This document shows, one piece after another, positions 39,497 to 55,646 of a DNA stretch of 64,000 nt. The position numbers and the translations under genes are program-made. The stretch covers positions 287,060,001 to 287,124,000 of the forward strand of contig OZ024741.1 of NCBI GenBank assembly GCA_964016885.1, read 5' to 3'. Within the stretch, counting starts at the first letter, position 1. Every line of letters starts with the position of its first letter. This DNA comes from Eledone cirrhosa. Its lineage: Eukaryota. Under the pieces are notes generated by a model. The model was not told the origin of the DNA and made no database searches. It saw only the letters and a program-made list of their open reading frames with translations.

Positions 39497-40987
39497 TTTT
39501 GTACATTAGTTACCTAAGAAGTTTGGTTTCTTGAATATAGCCATCAAACCAACTAGACTGTTGTTGATAGATGTTTGGGTAAGCGCTGTAACTTATATAT
39601 AAAATCCCTGCCACACTGCGTTAACTGTAAAACAAATACTTATGTCTAATATCCAAACAAGCTACCTATTCTGGCTAGTTTATACCAGCGTCTCAAAATT
39701 GTACCGAGAAAACCAACCAATCAATCAATCAGCTAATCAACCAATCAACAAACCAACCAACAAACCAATCAGATAGCTAGCCAACGAACCAGCTAACTAG
39801 TTAACTAACCAAGCAAACACACAAACATACCATCTTTCTTAATTTCGGGATGATTCCTTAAATTACCTAAATTTTCTTCACAGAACTTGAGTTGATTAAA
39901 AGTTATAATATAGTCATTGTGCAAAGGTGTGAAATGGCAGAGAAGTTAAGGTATCAGATAAAATAAATCATGGTAGTTGTTCAGGGTTCAAATCTCGCCG
40001 AGGTCAACTTTATCTAAATGAAGGCATGTGTTATAGTGGTTAGGGTGCTAGGAACATGATCATAAGGTCGTGATTTCGATTCCCAGACGAAGCAAGACGC
40101 TTTATTTTACCACTCCACAGACCATTTAGCTGTCAAAAATGAGTTGAACCTAAAATTAAAGTGGCCAACCTTGTCACACTTTGTGTCACGCTGAATCTCC
40201 CGAGAACTACCTTAAGGATGCATGTGTCTATGGAATGCTCAGCCACGTACACGTTAATTTATCGCGTAAACAGTTCCATTGATTGAATTAACTAGAGCAT
40301 TCTTCGCAATCAGACTAAACAGACACACATTGACACGCAAACACACACGCACACACATAATCTCATACACAATATAAACCCTCGTATACATACATACACA
40401 CACACTCTGCCCCTCTCTCTCACACATGCACAGAAACACGCGTGCACACTCATAATCTTACACAATTTACCGTGCTCGTATACATGCATACATATATACA
40501 TATATGCATACATACACGCACTCTCCTCTTTACTCACTCACGCAGTCACACGCACAGACACGAGCACACACACACAAAGACATATATAATTTGAATACCG
40601 TTTTAAGATACAGATAAAAATTGATTAAGTGATATATAATCTGCCCTACATTTTAAAAGTCTCACAAGTATTAATAGTGATCCAATTGATGATAACAACT
40701 TCCCATGCCTAATGGTAAAGAAACCACAGAACTATGATTGCGAATTTAATAATATTGTCAATTAACTTACAGATTACAGATTTTACATTGGAAATAAGCA
40801 ATTATAATACTCAGCAGATATTTTCTGCAGACTCTCTCTATGCTTGTATTGTACACGTACATACATAAATACATACATTACATACATACAGATGTACATG
40901 CCTACACAATACATACCAATCGATACAAACCATATATGTATACACATATGTTATACGTATGCATATATGTTTATATATATATATATG

Positions 40988-41913
<926 letters not shown>

Positions 41914-42072
41914 CATACAAACATACATACATACATACATACATACATACATACATACATACATACATACATACATACATACATACATACATACACACAC
42001 ACATACATACATACATACACACATACATACATACATACATACATACATACATACATACATACATACATACAT

Positions 42073-44757
42073 AGCAGGAAGACGTAAAAAGAAATTAAAG
42101 AGACGATTTGGAGATACAACATTTACAACTTTAAATTCCAAATTGCACCAGTTGAAACAACAACTCACAGCTACAACAGAAAGACTAAAATATAAGTCAA
42201 CAGCACATAAACGACAAGTGCTAAATAGATTGTTTGCCAGAGATCCTAAATCAGTTTATCGCAGCTTCGGTGGCAAAAGCTCAATCTCTGTAAACGACAC
42301 CCCTTCAAAAGAACAGGTTGAGAACTACTGGAGATCTGTATGGGTAACGGATGACGGGTTCAACAGACAAACTAAATGGCTAAAAGAACTGGAACGGGAC
42401 TACTGCCAACATGTCCAAACAAAACAATATGATATAGATGGGTCAATACTGGAAACAACTCTACAGAAAATGTCGAATAGGAAATCACCAGGGCTAGACC
42501 TCATTACAGGATACTGGTTGAAGAATTTCACTTTCTATCGGCAAGATCTCATACGACTGTTTACAGAAACCATTAAAGGCACACAAGAACTGCCCAGATG
42601 GTTATCAACTGCCACTACTCTCCTCATTCCCCAAAATAGCCAAACCACCCTTGCTAAAAATTACCGCCCAATAGCCTGCCAAAACATCATGTATAAAATA
42701 TGTACTGGGTGACTTAACCTGTTCTTACAGGATCACTGTGCTACCAACAACATTATAACACCTGAGCAAGATGGTGGAAAGAGGGATTGTGGGGTTGCAT
42801 AGATCACCTACTAACTAATAAAATGATTCGAGAAAAAACAACAAAGAATCGCAGAAACATGACTGTGGTGTGGCTGGACTATCAAAAAGCATTTGATAGT
42901 GTACCTCATGGGTGGATTGTTAAGGCTTTAAAGTTAGCCAAAGTGCCACAACCACTGGTAGCTGCTGTTGAACGTCTGACCAAGAACTGGTACACCAATT
43001 TGATCGTTAGAGGTGAGAAGGAGCAAGTTAAGACTGATAGCTTGTCAGTGCTACTCTTCGTTCTCTCACTAAATCCACTATCTTACCTACTCAGGAAACA
43101 AGGTCGACGAAGAAGTGGACAAAGAAGTGGGTCCAGAAGTATCTCCCATCTTTTCTTTGTTGATGACCTGAAGTTGTAATGGCCAAATATCAATGACATC
43201 AAGAAACAATTGGACCTCATTACACAATTTTCAACAGACATCAAAATGAAATTTGGTGAGTCCAAGTGTGCATATTTGGCAGTTAAACGTGGAAGAGCTG
43301 TGCCCTCCTCTAGAAATCTAGAGATGAACGGCCTGACAATACAACCTCTACAGTCAGGTTACAACTACAGATATCTTGGACAGGATGAGAATGTCAGATA
43401 TGATGGACCCATAAATAAGGAGAGAGCCAGAACTGAATATCTCAGAAGAGTAAAGAAAATATGGTCATCAGAACTGTCAGCGTACAACAAGTACATTGCC
43501 CACAATACTTATGCTGTGCCAATTCTAACGCCAACATTTGGCCTGCTGAACTGGTCATTGCAAGAACTAAGTGAGATGGATGTTAGAACTCGCAAACTTC
43601 TCAGTGTTACTGGGAACTTTAACATCAATGGTGATGTGGATAGGCTATACTTCTCACGCAAGGAAGGTGGACGGAGTATAAATCCACATTAATATCATAT
43701 GAGACCCTGATAGTAACACTGAAGCAACATCTTCAACAGAGGAAAAAGGTTGGCAACCATCTTGCCCAGGTTTATGAGCATGAAGAAAAGAATATCATTA
43801 GGATAGCCACTGATCTGGAGGAGAGATATGGAATAAAGCCTGATATAAGTCTCTCACCCAGAGAAATCGGAAGATCCTATTCAATGTTCAAACAAGATGA
43901 AAAAATTGACCAATTTACAGAAAAAGCTATGCACGGATACTTGAGACGTAAAACACACACCATAGAGGGGATAAACCACTCAAAAAGCCTGGCATGGAGT
44001 TCCGACAAGTTTATGACATCACACCTTGAGGGATATCTCTATGCAATACAGGAACAAGAACTCCCTACCAAATATCAGCTGCACAAAAGAGGAGGGCCAT
44101 CAGCTGACAATAAATGAAGGCTATGTAAAACAAAGATCGAGGATGTAAGCCACATTGTTGCCAGCTGCGAAAGAATGTCATCTCGCTACTACCTCCCCAT
44201 AAGAGACGATGTGGTAGCTAGAACCATCTGGAACGCACTTCGGAAAACAAAATTGAAAACAAACGAGGAAGAATATATTGAGACAGATGGCACTAAGGAA
44301 TACTGGTGGAACCTGAAAATAAAAACTGCCACCAAATTAAAGCACAACCGGCCTGATATTGTTGTTTGGGACCACACATTGAAAACGTGTTCTGTTGTGG
44401 AGATCAGCTGCCCACTTGATGTTGTCAGAAAAATACAGGAAAAGGAGGACATCTACGGACCATTGATGAGGAGTTTACAAATCCAGTATCCAAGATACAC
44501 CTTTAGCATCTTACCCATCATTATTGGAGCTACGGGTTATATACCAACCCGGTTGGATCAATGTATAACTGAACTCGGATTTGTGGACAAAGAGCGCAGC
44601 TCCCTAATTCATAGTCTAAAAATGGCTGCGATAGCTGGCACCTTCAAAATTTGCAAAACATTCTTGCGATTCAAGGGATGACAATTTCTTTTCTTTTACA
44701 ACCTTGCCACCAGGAAGGTGGCCGGTCAAAAATATACTCGAAATTAAGAGAAAGAGA
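42073..44757 (+). mobile_element. R4/Dong-clade LINE, 5'-truncated and disrupted, in (CATA)n
   Basis: KSPGLD, NYRPIAC, WLDYQKAFDSVPH, FFVDD, RPDIVVWD..VEISCP; (CATA)n on both flanks. Confidence 0.9.
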
Positions 44758-45623
44758 TATATACATACATACATACACCCACGCACACACACATATATAT
44801 ATATATATATAATTGTGCAAAAATGCACCCGGAAAAGGATAATCAGGTGCAGAGGGCAAATGAAGAAAAGCATTATTTCGTTCGCCAGCCATCTTCTGGG
44901 AATTGCGATTTCGTGCATGATCTGAATCAATGTCTATTATAATCTCGTTTGCTGGAGAAGTTCTTCGTGTGATTTCAATTTTGGTCGATATGTTGGTGTA
45001 TGGAAAGGGTGCGGTATGTGTATGAAAGCTAATAATTTGTTAGTGGAGAGGTTATATTTACTTTGAAGACGAAAAGTCTGTTTATATTTGTATAGGAGCG
45101 TGTATGTGTATGCAGATTTGTTTGTGTATTTTTGTGTGTCCCTTAGTTTAAGTGAATGACAATGTTTTTTTCTGGATGCTTGTAGTCTAATTGTATGTGA
45201 GTGTGCATATGTGTGCAGATGCGTATGTGTGCGTGTCTCAGTGTATGTCTGTGTGTGTAGATATGTGTGGCTAGATGGCATGCTGGGAACAAATAATAAA
45301 GTTACTCTGTTATTTTTCATTTTTAAGATCTTGTTCAAAAGATATGTTCGTTTTAAAAAATAATTTTAGTCTCAGATAAATAACTGAGAAAACAATAAAA
45401 GATGTATTATATTGTTGAACAGAACAACGATGAAAGTATTTAAGGAAAAAAAAAATAAAATACGAGGAAGAATGAAAAGGTGAAAAATATTAGATAATAT
45501 AGAAAGGGAAGGGACAGACACTACACTTTACCTTTCTCAGGTATAGTTAAATAAGTCGAATAATGGTTTTACTGGTCTTAACACAAAAAATATAAAACTT
45601 GTAAACAAAATTGAACAAAACCC

Positions 45624-46068
45624 AAATAAGGTCTATAATAATTTATAGTTTGGATATTTACTCTATATTTGAATCATGGATATAAAAATGCGGTAGGTAT
45701 ATTTAAAAACTTACAAAATATAATTACATACATATTATAAATAAGAGGTCAAAAATGTAAACGCAGTTAGAAATACGTTCCGTAAAAATGTATGGGAATT
45801 TTCATATTAAATATGATGAATAGAAAACTGCCGGAGATTACCGGTGGTTTATATAGGGACGACATTTTATTTACGGTGGTCAAACACAATAATATAGAAC
45901 TAAATAGAGTAACTGTGAATCTTTCATGCGTTTACATTTTTGATCTCTTATTTACAATATGTATGTAATTATATTTTGTAAGTTTTTAAATATACCTACC
46001 GCATTTTTATATCCATGATTCAAATATAGAGCAAATATCCAAACTATAAATTATTATAGACCTTATTT
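45624..46068 (+). pseudogene. PLE (Naiad-like) RT core fragment with a 142-bp inverted duplication
   Basis: 45792-45925 reads MGIFILNMMNRKLPEITGGLYRDDIL; arms 45624-45765 / 45927-46068. Confidence 0.6.
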
Positions 46069-47076
46069 TGAACTCTGAATTATCCATGTATTTATTATTG
46101 TTTTTCTCATATATATGTATGTATTTAACTGTAACACGTCGAATTTTATTATATAAAATTATAACCGTTATCATTTACCTAAAGTATACTGTATCACTAA
46201 TACCTAATATATATCCATATATACCTCCCTATATCTTTCTATACATCATTTTTAGTTAACTTCTAAATTTGTTGATTATTATTTATTTTGAACTATGAAT
46301 AATTAATGCATTTACACCCTGTTATATATAGGTAGATATTTAACTTTAGCATGCCTCAATCTATTATTTTATTTTTATTTTCGTTATCATTTACCTAAAA
46401 TATACTGGCTCATTAATATATTAATATATCTCTATATACATAATCCTTATTTAAATATTTCTAACAATAAGTACTTCGAATATGTTGACATTGATTATCT
46501 TCGTTAAAGTTTACATTTAGGAAAATATTCAACAGTGTAAACTTTCCTTTTCGCTGGCCAGCTAAATCCTTTAAATGTTATCCTCATAAAATTCAGAAGT
46601 TTAGAAATGCTAACACACTTATAGAATTTACAAAACTAGTAAATATAAATAACCAGCAATTTAAAAAACCCCCCAAAATCTTGATTCTTCACCCTAAAAT
46701 AGCATAAATTAAATATTTTCAAACTTAACCATCTAACTTTCGGAAAAAATCTCTTTCTGCATATATTACCCCCCCCCCCCTTATCTTTCCCTCTCTATAA
46801 ATCCTATTTCAGTGGCTCTCATTGACTGTTATAATTCATGAGATGTTTTCCTAGATAAACATAACTTGTAGTATCATACACTTTAAAATCTCTATAGCTG
46901 TCACATTAACCAACGTTTTTCTTACTCACACATTCTCTATTGAATTTATTACGTTTTCGCATTTTCTCATTATTAGGGTATAAATGTTGAGTTTTCTCTT
47001 AGGTTAATCACTAACTTGATTAAATCTTAACCATTTAACATCTCAGGGTATATCATGTATCATTATATTTTGTCTG

Positions 47077-47186
47077 GAGTTCAAATCCCGCCGAGGTTGA
47101 CTTTGCCTTTCATCCTTACGGGGTCGATAAAATAAAGTACCAGTAATGCACTGGTAATTGCTGGCCTTGTGCCTAAAGTAGAAACA
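47077..47186 (+). mobile_element. 5'-truncated SINE with 15-bp TSD at the start of a hammerhead
   Basis: attatattttgtctg at 47062-47076 and 47187-47201. Confidence 0.85.
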
Positions 47187-47192
47187 ATTATA

Positions 47193-47243
47193 TTTTGTCT
47201 GATGAGGACGTACTGTTGTACAGCCGAAATATGTATAATAAAA
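47193..47243 (+). ncRNA. Type I hammerhead ribozyme
   Basis: ttttgt CTGATGA GGac GTAC tgtt GTAC agCC GAAA TATGTA TA ataaaa; ~145 bp upstream of (TA)n. Confidence 0.8.
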
Positions 47244-47381
47244 AGTAATTGATCAAAAGAACATCTATTTTATTAATATTTGTATTTTAATATTAATAAC
47301 TCTGGAAAATTATTTTCCGTAGAATGCTTCCAATCTACTGTAAAACTCATTCTTTGATATACTCATTGAATCTTGTTTAAC

Positions 47382-47428
<47 letters not shown>

Positions 47429-47468
47429 TAAATAAAAGTCAAATGATTAAAATTTAGCTTCGTTTATT

Positions 47469-47523
47469 ACTGCTATATATGTTTCAGTGACAGCCATCTT
47501 TGGCTGTGACCTCTTCAGGCAGT
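47469..47523 (-). ncRNA. Type I hammerhead ribozyme
   Basis: Reverse complement of 47750-47804 with one stem III change. Confidence 0.8.
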
Positions 47524-47749
47524 TTGAATTAGTATGGTATAGACAAGTACATATGTTGTTTAGGTGTATGATATTGTCAATACTCTGATATGCCCAGTTC
47601 CTTGTTGGGTTGTTAATTCACTGGGGAACTGGATATGACTCCAGTTCCCCAGTGAATTAACAACCCAACAAGGGACTGGGCATATCAGAGTATTGACAAT
47701 ATTATACACCTAAACAACATATGTACTTGTCTATACCATACTAATTCAA

Positions 47750-47804
47750 ACTGCCTGAAGAGGTCACAGCCAAAGATGGCTGTCACTGAAATATATATAG
47801 CAGT
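47750..47804 (+). ncRNA. Type I hammerhead ribozyme
   Basis: actgc CTGAAGA gGTcACAGCCA aaga TGGCTGTcACt GAAA TATATA TA gcagt. Confidence 0.88.
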
Positions 47805-47950
47805 AATAAACGAAGCTAAATTTTAATCATTTGACTTTTATTTAACTTTATTTTACACTACTCCGGAGTAACCAAACCAACCTGCGCACTTCGTCGAGTG
47901 CTCCAGCCTGCATACTGAGGTGTTGGTATACAACCAACATAAACTCAAAA

Positions 47951-48023
<73 letters not shown>

Positions 48024-48025
<2 letters not shown>

Positions 48026-48212
48026 CGAAGGAAATGTGGTAAGGAACCATGTGGACCATAACGCACCAAAGTACTCAATACTTAGGGTAGTAGAGTGGGT
48101 AATAGGAACAAGTAGGACCCCGACGGCTGAGCTCAAGCCGTTTCGACGGCTAATTCTGGACTCAATTAGCCGTCGAAACGGCTTGAGCTCAGCCGTCGGG
48201 GTCCTACTCGTT

Positions 48213-48214
<2 letters not shown>
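48024..48214. mobile_element. Short fold-back element in (TA)n; inverted twin of 14247-14441
   Basis: Same termini and nearly the same fold-back point. Confidence 0.85.
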
Positions 48215-48267
<53 letters not shown>

Positions 48268-48308
48268 GTGCAATTTAGAAACTATTAGGCTTTTATAAAA
48301 CCATGTAT

Positions 48309-48491
48309 CAGACCTGCCAAACTCTAAAAAACCCTAACGGGGTGTACCATGAAAAAAAAGTGCCTCAAAATGGAGACAAAGGAGGGAAAATCGGGAGTTT
48401 TACATAATGAAAACTATACCCATTTTCATCTGTAGTCACTCTAAAGTGGGTAGGAGATCTCCCCGACGGACGGGGAAAGTCGACAGGTCTG
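48309..48491. mobile_element. MITE-like element
   Basis: Terminal inverted cagacctgcc / gacaggtctg. Confidence 0.5.
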
Positions 48492-49179
48492 ACGTATTAC
48501 TATGAGAAAGACAGATATAGCTAATACGCTAAATAAAATATTTTTACTAAATACATCAAGATATTGTAAATACATCAAGATATTATGACTACACAGTTCT
48601 CAATATTATGTAATATCAGGATAAGTAAACAAGAATTTAATTTCATAATGATATATGTAAATATCTTACTCTCCTATATTACATCTTAAAGCGACCGTTC
48701 AATTATCGATTATATTTATATATCCTCATACGCACACTTACGCACACAGATTCTATGTATGTGCCTATATGTATAACACACACTTACACACACACACACG
48801 AAGGTGTACCCCCCTCCATATATATATTTATATATATATATATATATATGTGTATACCTGCACATATATCATAGAAAAAATCAAGAGCCAAAAAAGTACA
48901 AATAGTAAATTGACATCTAGAAATTATCTAAATATATTTCAGCAAGGAATTGGATTTGACTTCTAATGTATAACTTAGTGAAGTTTTGCATCGGAATTAT
49001 GCAAGGAAAAAGGCAAATAGAAGAATTTAGCAAAAGCAAACGGATTACTTTGTAAAAGATTAATGTGCTTCTCTATTAATCACGCTCTCCTAATTGAATT
49101 TTCATGTTAATTTCATACACATTGTCGCGTTGTACAGACAACAATGTATACTGTAGGGTAACTGCGGTGTGTGCATGTG

Positions 49180-49295
<116 letters not shown>

Positions 49296-50546
49296 CGTGT
49301 ATGTGTGTATATATATATATGTTTACATATATTACAAATAAATATTTGTGTACACATGCACACGCACGCACATATATACATGTGTGCGTGTGTATGCATC
49401 TGTATACATAGATATATGAATATTTATTTGTAATATTTGTAATATATATATAGAGAGAGAATAAATATATATATACATTGAATAAAAAGAATATAAATCC
49501 GTACTGAACATCGGGAATCGTGTAATAGTTTATTACGGGATTCAATGGACGTTTCAGTAATATTTGAAATCTCAACACAATAATTAGGCATTCACACTAT
49601 ATATTAAGTCAGAATACATTTGTACGATGTTCAATCGTATACTTCTGTTCGTATACTACCTGTGTGCATGCTAACGAGCGTGTATGCGTATGTGTATGCG
49701 TGTATGTATGTGTATATATGTATGTCTGTGTGTGAATGGGAGTTTGTGCTTGTATTTGAAAGACAGTGCATGTCGAATCATGTTCCTACATTATCCTTAA
49801 AGCATCATTTCCTATTAAGAGAAGAAGCAGCTGGGATTTGTATACTCACAAATATGATTTGCATGAGAATTGGATAGATCGTAGTCCTTTCAATGTGAGT
49901 ACAAAATATGTTAACTTATTAACAGAAAATCAATCTGCAGCCATGGTTCCGTAACTCACGGTGGAGTCGTTGACATACGGCATTTCGTGGTCATTTAAGC
50001 CCATCTCCACTCCAGGCCTCATTACTGCAGATTTCTTTTAGAGAACGATAGAGAGTGAGAAAGAGATATAGAGGAAGAATCGACTCCAGTATTAAGCTGG
50101 TATTTTTCTTATCGATCTCGAAAGGACGAAAGGTAAAACTGACCTCGACGGGATTTGAACTCAGAGAACAGAGAGTCTGAACAAATACCGCAAGCACTCT
50201 TCTCAAGGTTATGGCGATTCTGCCAATTCTACAGAGATAGCAACCAGTAAACTAGTATGTACCTACTGTATAAAATTGTTTTCATTTGAAATATGCTGAG
50301 TTCCTTTATACAAAATGTAAAACGAACGACTCGATATAGAGGAAGTATAAAAACCTAACACCAACTCAACATATGGTAATGTAAAAGTAAAGAGCCCCTA
50401 ACTCTTTATATAGGTGTTGGGACGCCGTCCAGACATACATCGTGTCTTGGACATTTTAAACTTGGCGGAGTTCATCCCATCTCTAGGTCGCAACACATGC
50501 CATCCCTTAGGGAAGAGGAGGGTGAGAGAAAGTGAGAGAGAGAGAG

Positions 50547-50607
<61 letters not shown>

Positions 50608-50626
50608 GTGTGCGTGTGTGTGTGTA

Positions 50627-50686
<60 letters not shown>

Positions 50687-51050
50687 TGTTAAAAAAGAAA
50701 GATGAAGAATCCACTCCAGTATTGGACTGGTACCTTTTCATCGACCCCAAAAAAGATAAAAGCCAAAGTTGACAACGACGGCATTTGATACAGAGAGCAG
50801 TTAGCCCGAACTATTCCCGAAACATGTTTAAACCCATACCCCCAACGACTCAGCCAATTCCCCACATCAAAGAGATATAAATATCCAACATCAAGACATA
50901 TCAAAGAGATACAAATATCCATTATGATATGAAGAACATGAGCAAATGCATTAAATCTCCATTAAAACTTCCATTAATCAAGCTTCGTAAAACTATCATT
51001 CCTAATTATCATTGTGATACGCGCATACACAACATGTACATACACACACA

Positions 51051-51136
<86 letters not shown>

Positions 51137-51834
51137 TTTGTGTGGGTGGGTATCGAATGAGAAAACGTGCATTAGTGCACATAAACATGAGAAAAAGTAT
51201 TCAATACTAAACATATAAAATGATATATAATTTGGTAGGAAATTAATGTTTACTAACGCAACTCATTGTTTAATTTTCAGTTTATCACATAGCATTCATT
51301 CAACATAGAAATATTTTATATGCACATAATTTGGATTCGCTTTAAAAAAAATCATAAAAATCCATTATATGAACATAAAGCGAATTGGCAGGTCGTTAAA
51401 ACGTCAGATAGAGTGTTTTGCGATTATCATTCCGCTCTCTGAGTTCAACGTTTGCCTTTCATCCATTCGAGGCCGATAAGAAAGTACCAGTCAAGTACCG
51501 GAGTCGATTCTGGCTCTATCTATATCTTTTTATTACTCCCTCTCTCTCTCACTTTCTATCCTTTTCTGAAAGAAATCTGCTGTACTCAGACCTGGAGAGG
51601 AGATGGGCTCCGCCAGGCTTAAAATGCCATTTAAAAGCCGTATACCACTGCGGCGCCCCTGCGACTGTCTCAGGAGATACGGGAACATGCCATGCCATTA
51701 TATGTATATAAATATATGTTCTATCCTAGATCACTACCATCTGATGTACCTAAAGATGAAACTTAATTTGGCTTTATTGAAATTTCAGTTTCAATTAAAT
51801 GTGGGCGATAATAAACTGAGAGCTGTGCATTATA

Positions 51835-52353
51835 TCAGGGTCGGACGCCATGCTTATGACGCATAGAGTTACGGCCCTTGCCATTCTGAGTTCAAATCCC
51901 GCCGAGGTTAACTTTGCCTTTCATCCCTACGGGGTCGATAAAATAAAGTACCAGTAATGCACTGGGTAATTGCTGGCCTTGTGCCAAAAGTAGAAACAAT
52001 TATATCAGACGAGGAAAATGTGTAATACTTAATGTAACTATATAAACTTACATGAACTGGAGTATAGTTTTATATCACTATGGATTAATTTTTAATCACA
52101 TTTCTCAAGTTTCTTTATTGAAAGCATGTGTATGTAACGAAGTACGCCAAACGATGCCAAAATAATAATTGTTTCTACTGTTGGCACAAGGCCAGCAATT
52201 ACCCATTGTATTACTGGTACTTTATTTTATCGACCCCATAAGGATGAAAGGCAAAGTTAACCTCGGCGGGATTTGAACTCAGAATGGCAAGGGCCGTGTA
52301 ACTCTTTGCGTCAAAGCATGGCATCCGACCCGCTACCAATACTGCCAATCCAC
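51835..52353. repeat. Tail-to-tail inverted pair of closely similar SINEs
   Basis: + copy 51835-52002, - copy 52165-52353. Confidence 0.85.
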
Positions 52354-53152
52354 CGAAAGTGAAACAGTGGAATCCGAGGTAACTATTGTTGGTTTGCCTC
52401 AAAAAATAGATAATGGTTTCTAATTCTGGCATAAGACCAGTAATTTTGGTGAAAAGGAACGTCGATTATGTCGACCACAATACTTTATTTTATCGACCTT
52501 GGAAGAATGAAAAACAAAATTGGCCTGAGAGGGATTTGAACCCAAAGAGTATATAGCCAGAACAAATACTGGTAAGCATTTATCTGACGCTCTAATCACT
52601 TTGTCAATTCACCACCCTTCTTTCAGCGAATATATAATACCAAGTAATTGTAAAAAAAAAAACAACAACAACAAAAAACAAGCTGAAAGTGGACTTTGTT
52701 GTATTTAGTCATGTTTCTTAGATTATGAGTTCAAAATCTCACTGAAATATCTATATATATAAAACTGAGGGTGTCTGTCTGTGTGTGTGTGAGTTTGAAT
52801 CCCTAAAACTAGAGAAGCACCCAACCGACTGTTTTCAAACTTTACACATGTAATACTTATGTTTCAGGGAATGTTCTGAGCAAAAATAATTTCAAATTTT
52901 CAATGCCCTAGGGACCGTATTAGGCGATTTAGTGATCACTCTCTATAATTCTTAGTCTTTCTCTTTTTAGATAGATACATACATATAACGTCGCGCCCTT
53001 ATCTGTTAGAACACGAAAAGTGTGAAACAACAGAATGTTCACTTTTCGTGTTCTAACATATATGCCTAACTTCTTCATAAATTTTCCCGGGATAGCCGTG
53101 GTGGTGGTGATCGTATGTCATTGGCTAATTTTCAACCAATCAGAGTAAGTGT

Positions 53153-53218
<66 letters not shown>

Positions 53219-54554
53219 TATTCCCCCTCTCTCTATATATATCTTACGCTTTCGCTTTACACTCCTCCCCTTCAATAACACATTTCCCCCTCTCTATATA
53301 TCTCTTCCACTGTTACTTACGCCTGTTTCTCTCTATCTGTTCCGTCTTTATATATATCTCTCTTACTCTTTCGCTTTGCACTCCTCCCCTTCAATACCAT
53401 CTCTCCCCCTCTCTATATATTTGTTACTCTATCGCTGCACGCTCCTCTCCTTCAATATATCAATTACACACGCTTTACACTCCTTTATCCCCAGCGCCCC
53501 TATATATACAGCCCCCCTCCCGCATCTATATTTTAATGTTCCGTTGCACCGTGAATATATGTGTCTATATATATATACATATATATTGTATATACACATT
53601 CATGTATGTGTATACACACTCATGTATGTATATACACTGGTTTTATGTGTGTTATGTGTGTATTGTAAATTTGTACTGTTAAAACACGAAACTAACATTC
53701 GATTGACACTTTGATTACCTGTACAGGCAATAGTTATTAGAATGCTGTTGAAGTGTGTATATATTTTTTGGGGACATCCTGTATATACACACATTATATA
53801 TAATACAATAAACAGATAAATACACACATATATATATGAGCTTATTTAATTATAAATATTGTGAATTTTTAACTCAGTTCAATTATATATATATAAATGG
53901 CTTCTACAGGACTAGAACTGTTTCATTCGAAAGAAATCATCATAATATTGAGAGGGGGGGGGACTAGATAAAATATTTCAAATCAAATGTGTATAAGTTA
54001 TAAGTTAAAATGTATAAATAGAGACGATAGTGGAGGTATATCTGTTTAGTGGAACAGTAGACGATAGAATTAAATACAGACGAGAATCTCCCTTTAATGA
54101 AACAGCAGACGATAGAATTAAGGCAATTTAAATTTTAAGCATTTGCATTTCATCGTTACGGGGTCGATAAAATAAAGTACCAGTAATACACTGTCACTAT
54201 AAGTAGACGACTTTCAAATTGAATTGTTGGTTCCATTTCTTTAGTATTTTCAATTGTAGTTATCTACTTAAAAAGCGTTACACGGTTAGAGACATAATTG
54301 GTAAGTTATATCTTCCCTATTAAACCATTGCATTATTTCGCCTACAATAGAACAAAAATGAAATGTTCTTTAAAGAAACAGGAATATAACTTTATAAAAA
54401 AAAAGTTGCATCCGCTTCTTTTATCATTGATAATTTTTTCGTTTTAATATTAATTGTTTTTTGTAGTTGTTTATATTAAAAATCTTACTGTAATATTTAC
54501 TTAAACGAAGGCAGACATCTAAACTTATAAATTAATCTTGAGCGAAGGACTAGA

Positions 54555-54895
<341 letters not shown>

Positions 54896-55094
54896 TTGAA
54901 TTTCTCCTAAGTATTCAATACTCTGTTGAGAAATACATTTTACATAAACAGTCTTTGTACCATTTATACGGTATTAATTACTTATATTTATATATATATA
55001 TATATATATATATAGCGTATGATTAGAACTGTGTTTATTATTAATATTTTAATGGATTTAATGAAAAATTTTAGGTGTTCATATATATATTCTA

Positions 55095-55155
55095 AAAATG
55101 CGCGAAATCGTGAATCCGCGATAGTTGAACCGCCAAGTAGCGAGGTATCACTGTA
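55095..55155. mobile_element. Tigger/pogo-like terminal fragment
   Basis: cgcgatagttgaaccgc..gtagcgaggtatcactg-TA. Confidence 0.5.
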
Positions 55156-55181
55156 TATATGTTTAAATATATAGTGTAGCT

Positions 55182-55646
55182 GTGATGTATCTCGCGAGTG
55201 AATCGAGACCTGTCACTGATTTTGGTGTCCCCACTGCCGATGTGAATGAGCAACGCTGCACTTGTGAATTGGGTCTTGATGTTGCAGGCAGTTCATATAC
55301 TTACAATGATGCGGTCCCACAAGCTTGTTCACATTCCTGTGCTAATAATCTAGATGGGCGTATTAAATTGGATGTGAAAGCAGCTTACCGGATGCGGAAT
55401 CGGGAGAAGTTGAGACAAAAACAGGCCGATTATAGAGCTGTGAATTTTGCTAAATTAACACAAAAACAGGCCAAGTATAGATGTTCAAAACGGTATGAGT
55501 TGGCAAACAAGCAGGCCAAGTATAGATCTGCAAATTCAGCTATTATATCTCAAAAGCAAGCCGAGCGTAGAGCTTCTAAACGTACCGAGTTGGCTAAAGA
55601 GCAGACCAAGTACAGATCTGCAAATATCTTATTGCACAAACAATAA
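55182..55646 (+). CDS. Basic helical 15-aa repeat ORF, likely Helitron-associated remnant
   Basis: Five KQAxYR repeats spaced 15 aa apart, within the Helitron ends. Confidence 0.45.
   Translation: MMYLASESRPVTDFGVPTADVNEQRCTCELGLDVAGSSYTYNDAVPQACSHSCANNLDGRIKLDVKAAYRMRNREKLRQKQADYRAVNFAKLTQKQAKYRCSKRYELANKQAKYRSANSAIISQKQAERRASKRTELAKEQTKYRSANILLHKQ

Larger units (their letters stand above)
47424..47954. mobile_element. Fold-back element with outward-facing HHRs between (TA)n
   Basis: 210-bp arms 47424-47633 / 47640-47849 with 3 mismatches seen; right arm extends ~105 bp. Confidence 0.92.

Noticed and set aside
47424-47849. Arm mismatches as a fossil A-to-I editing signature
   Set aside because: Only three transitions, on mixed strands; 14674-15060 also shows transversions
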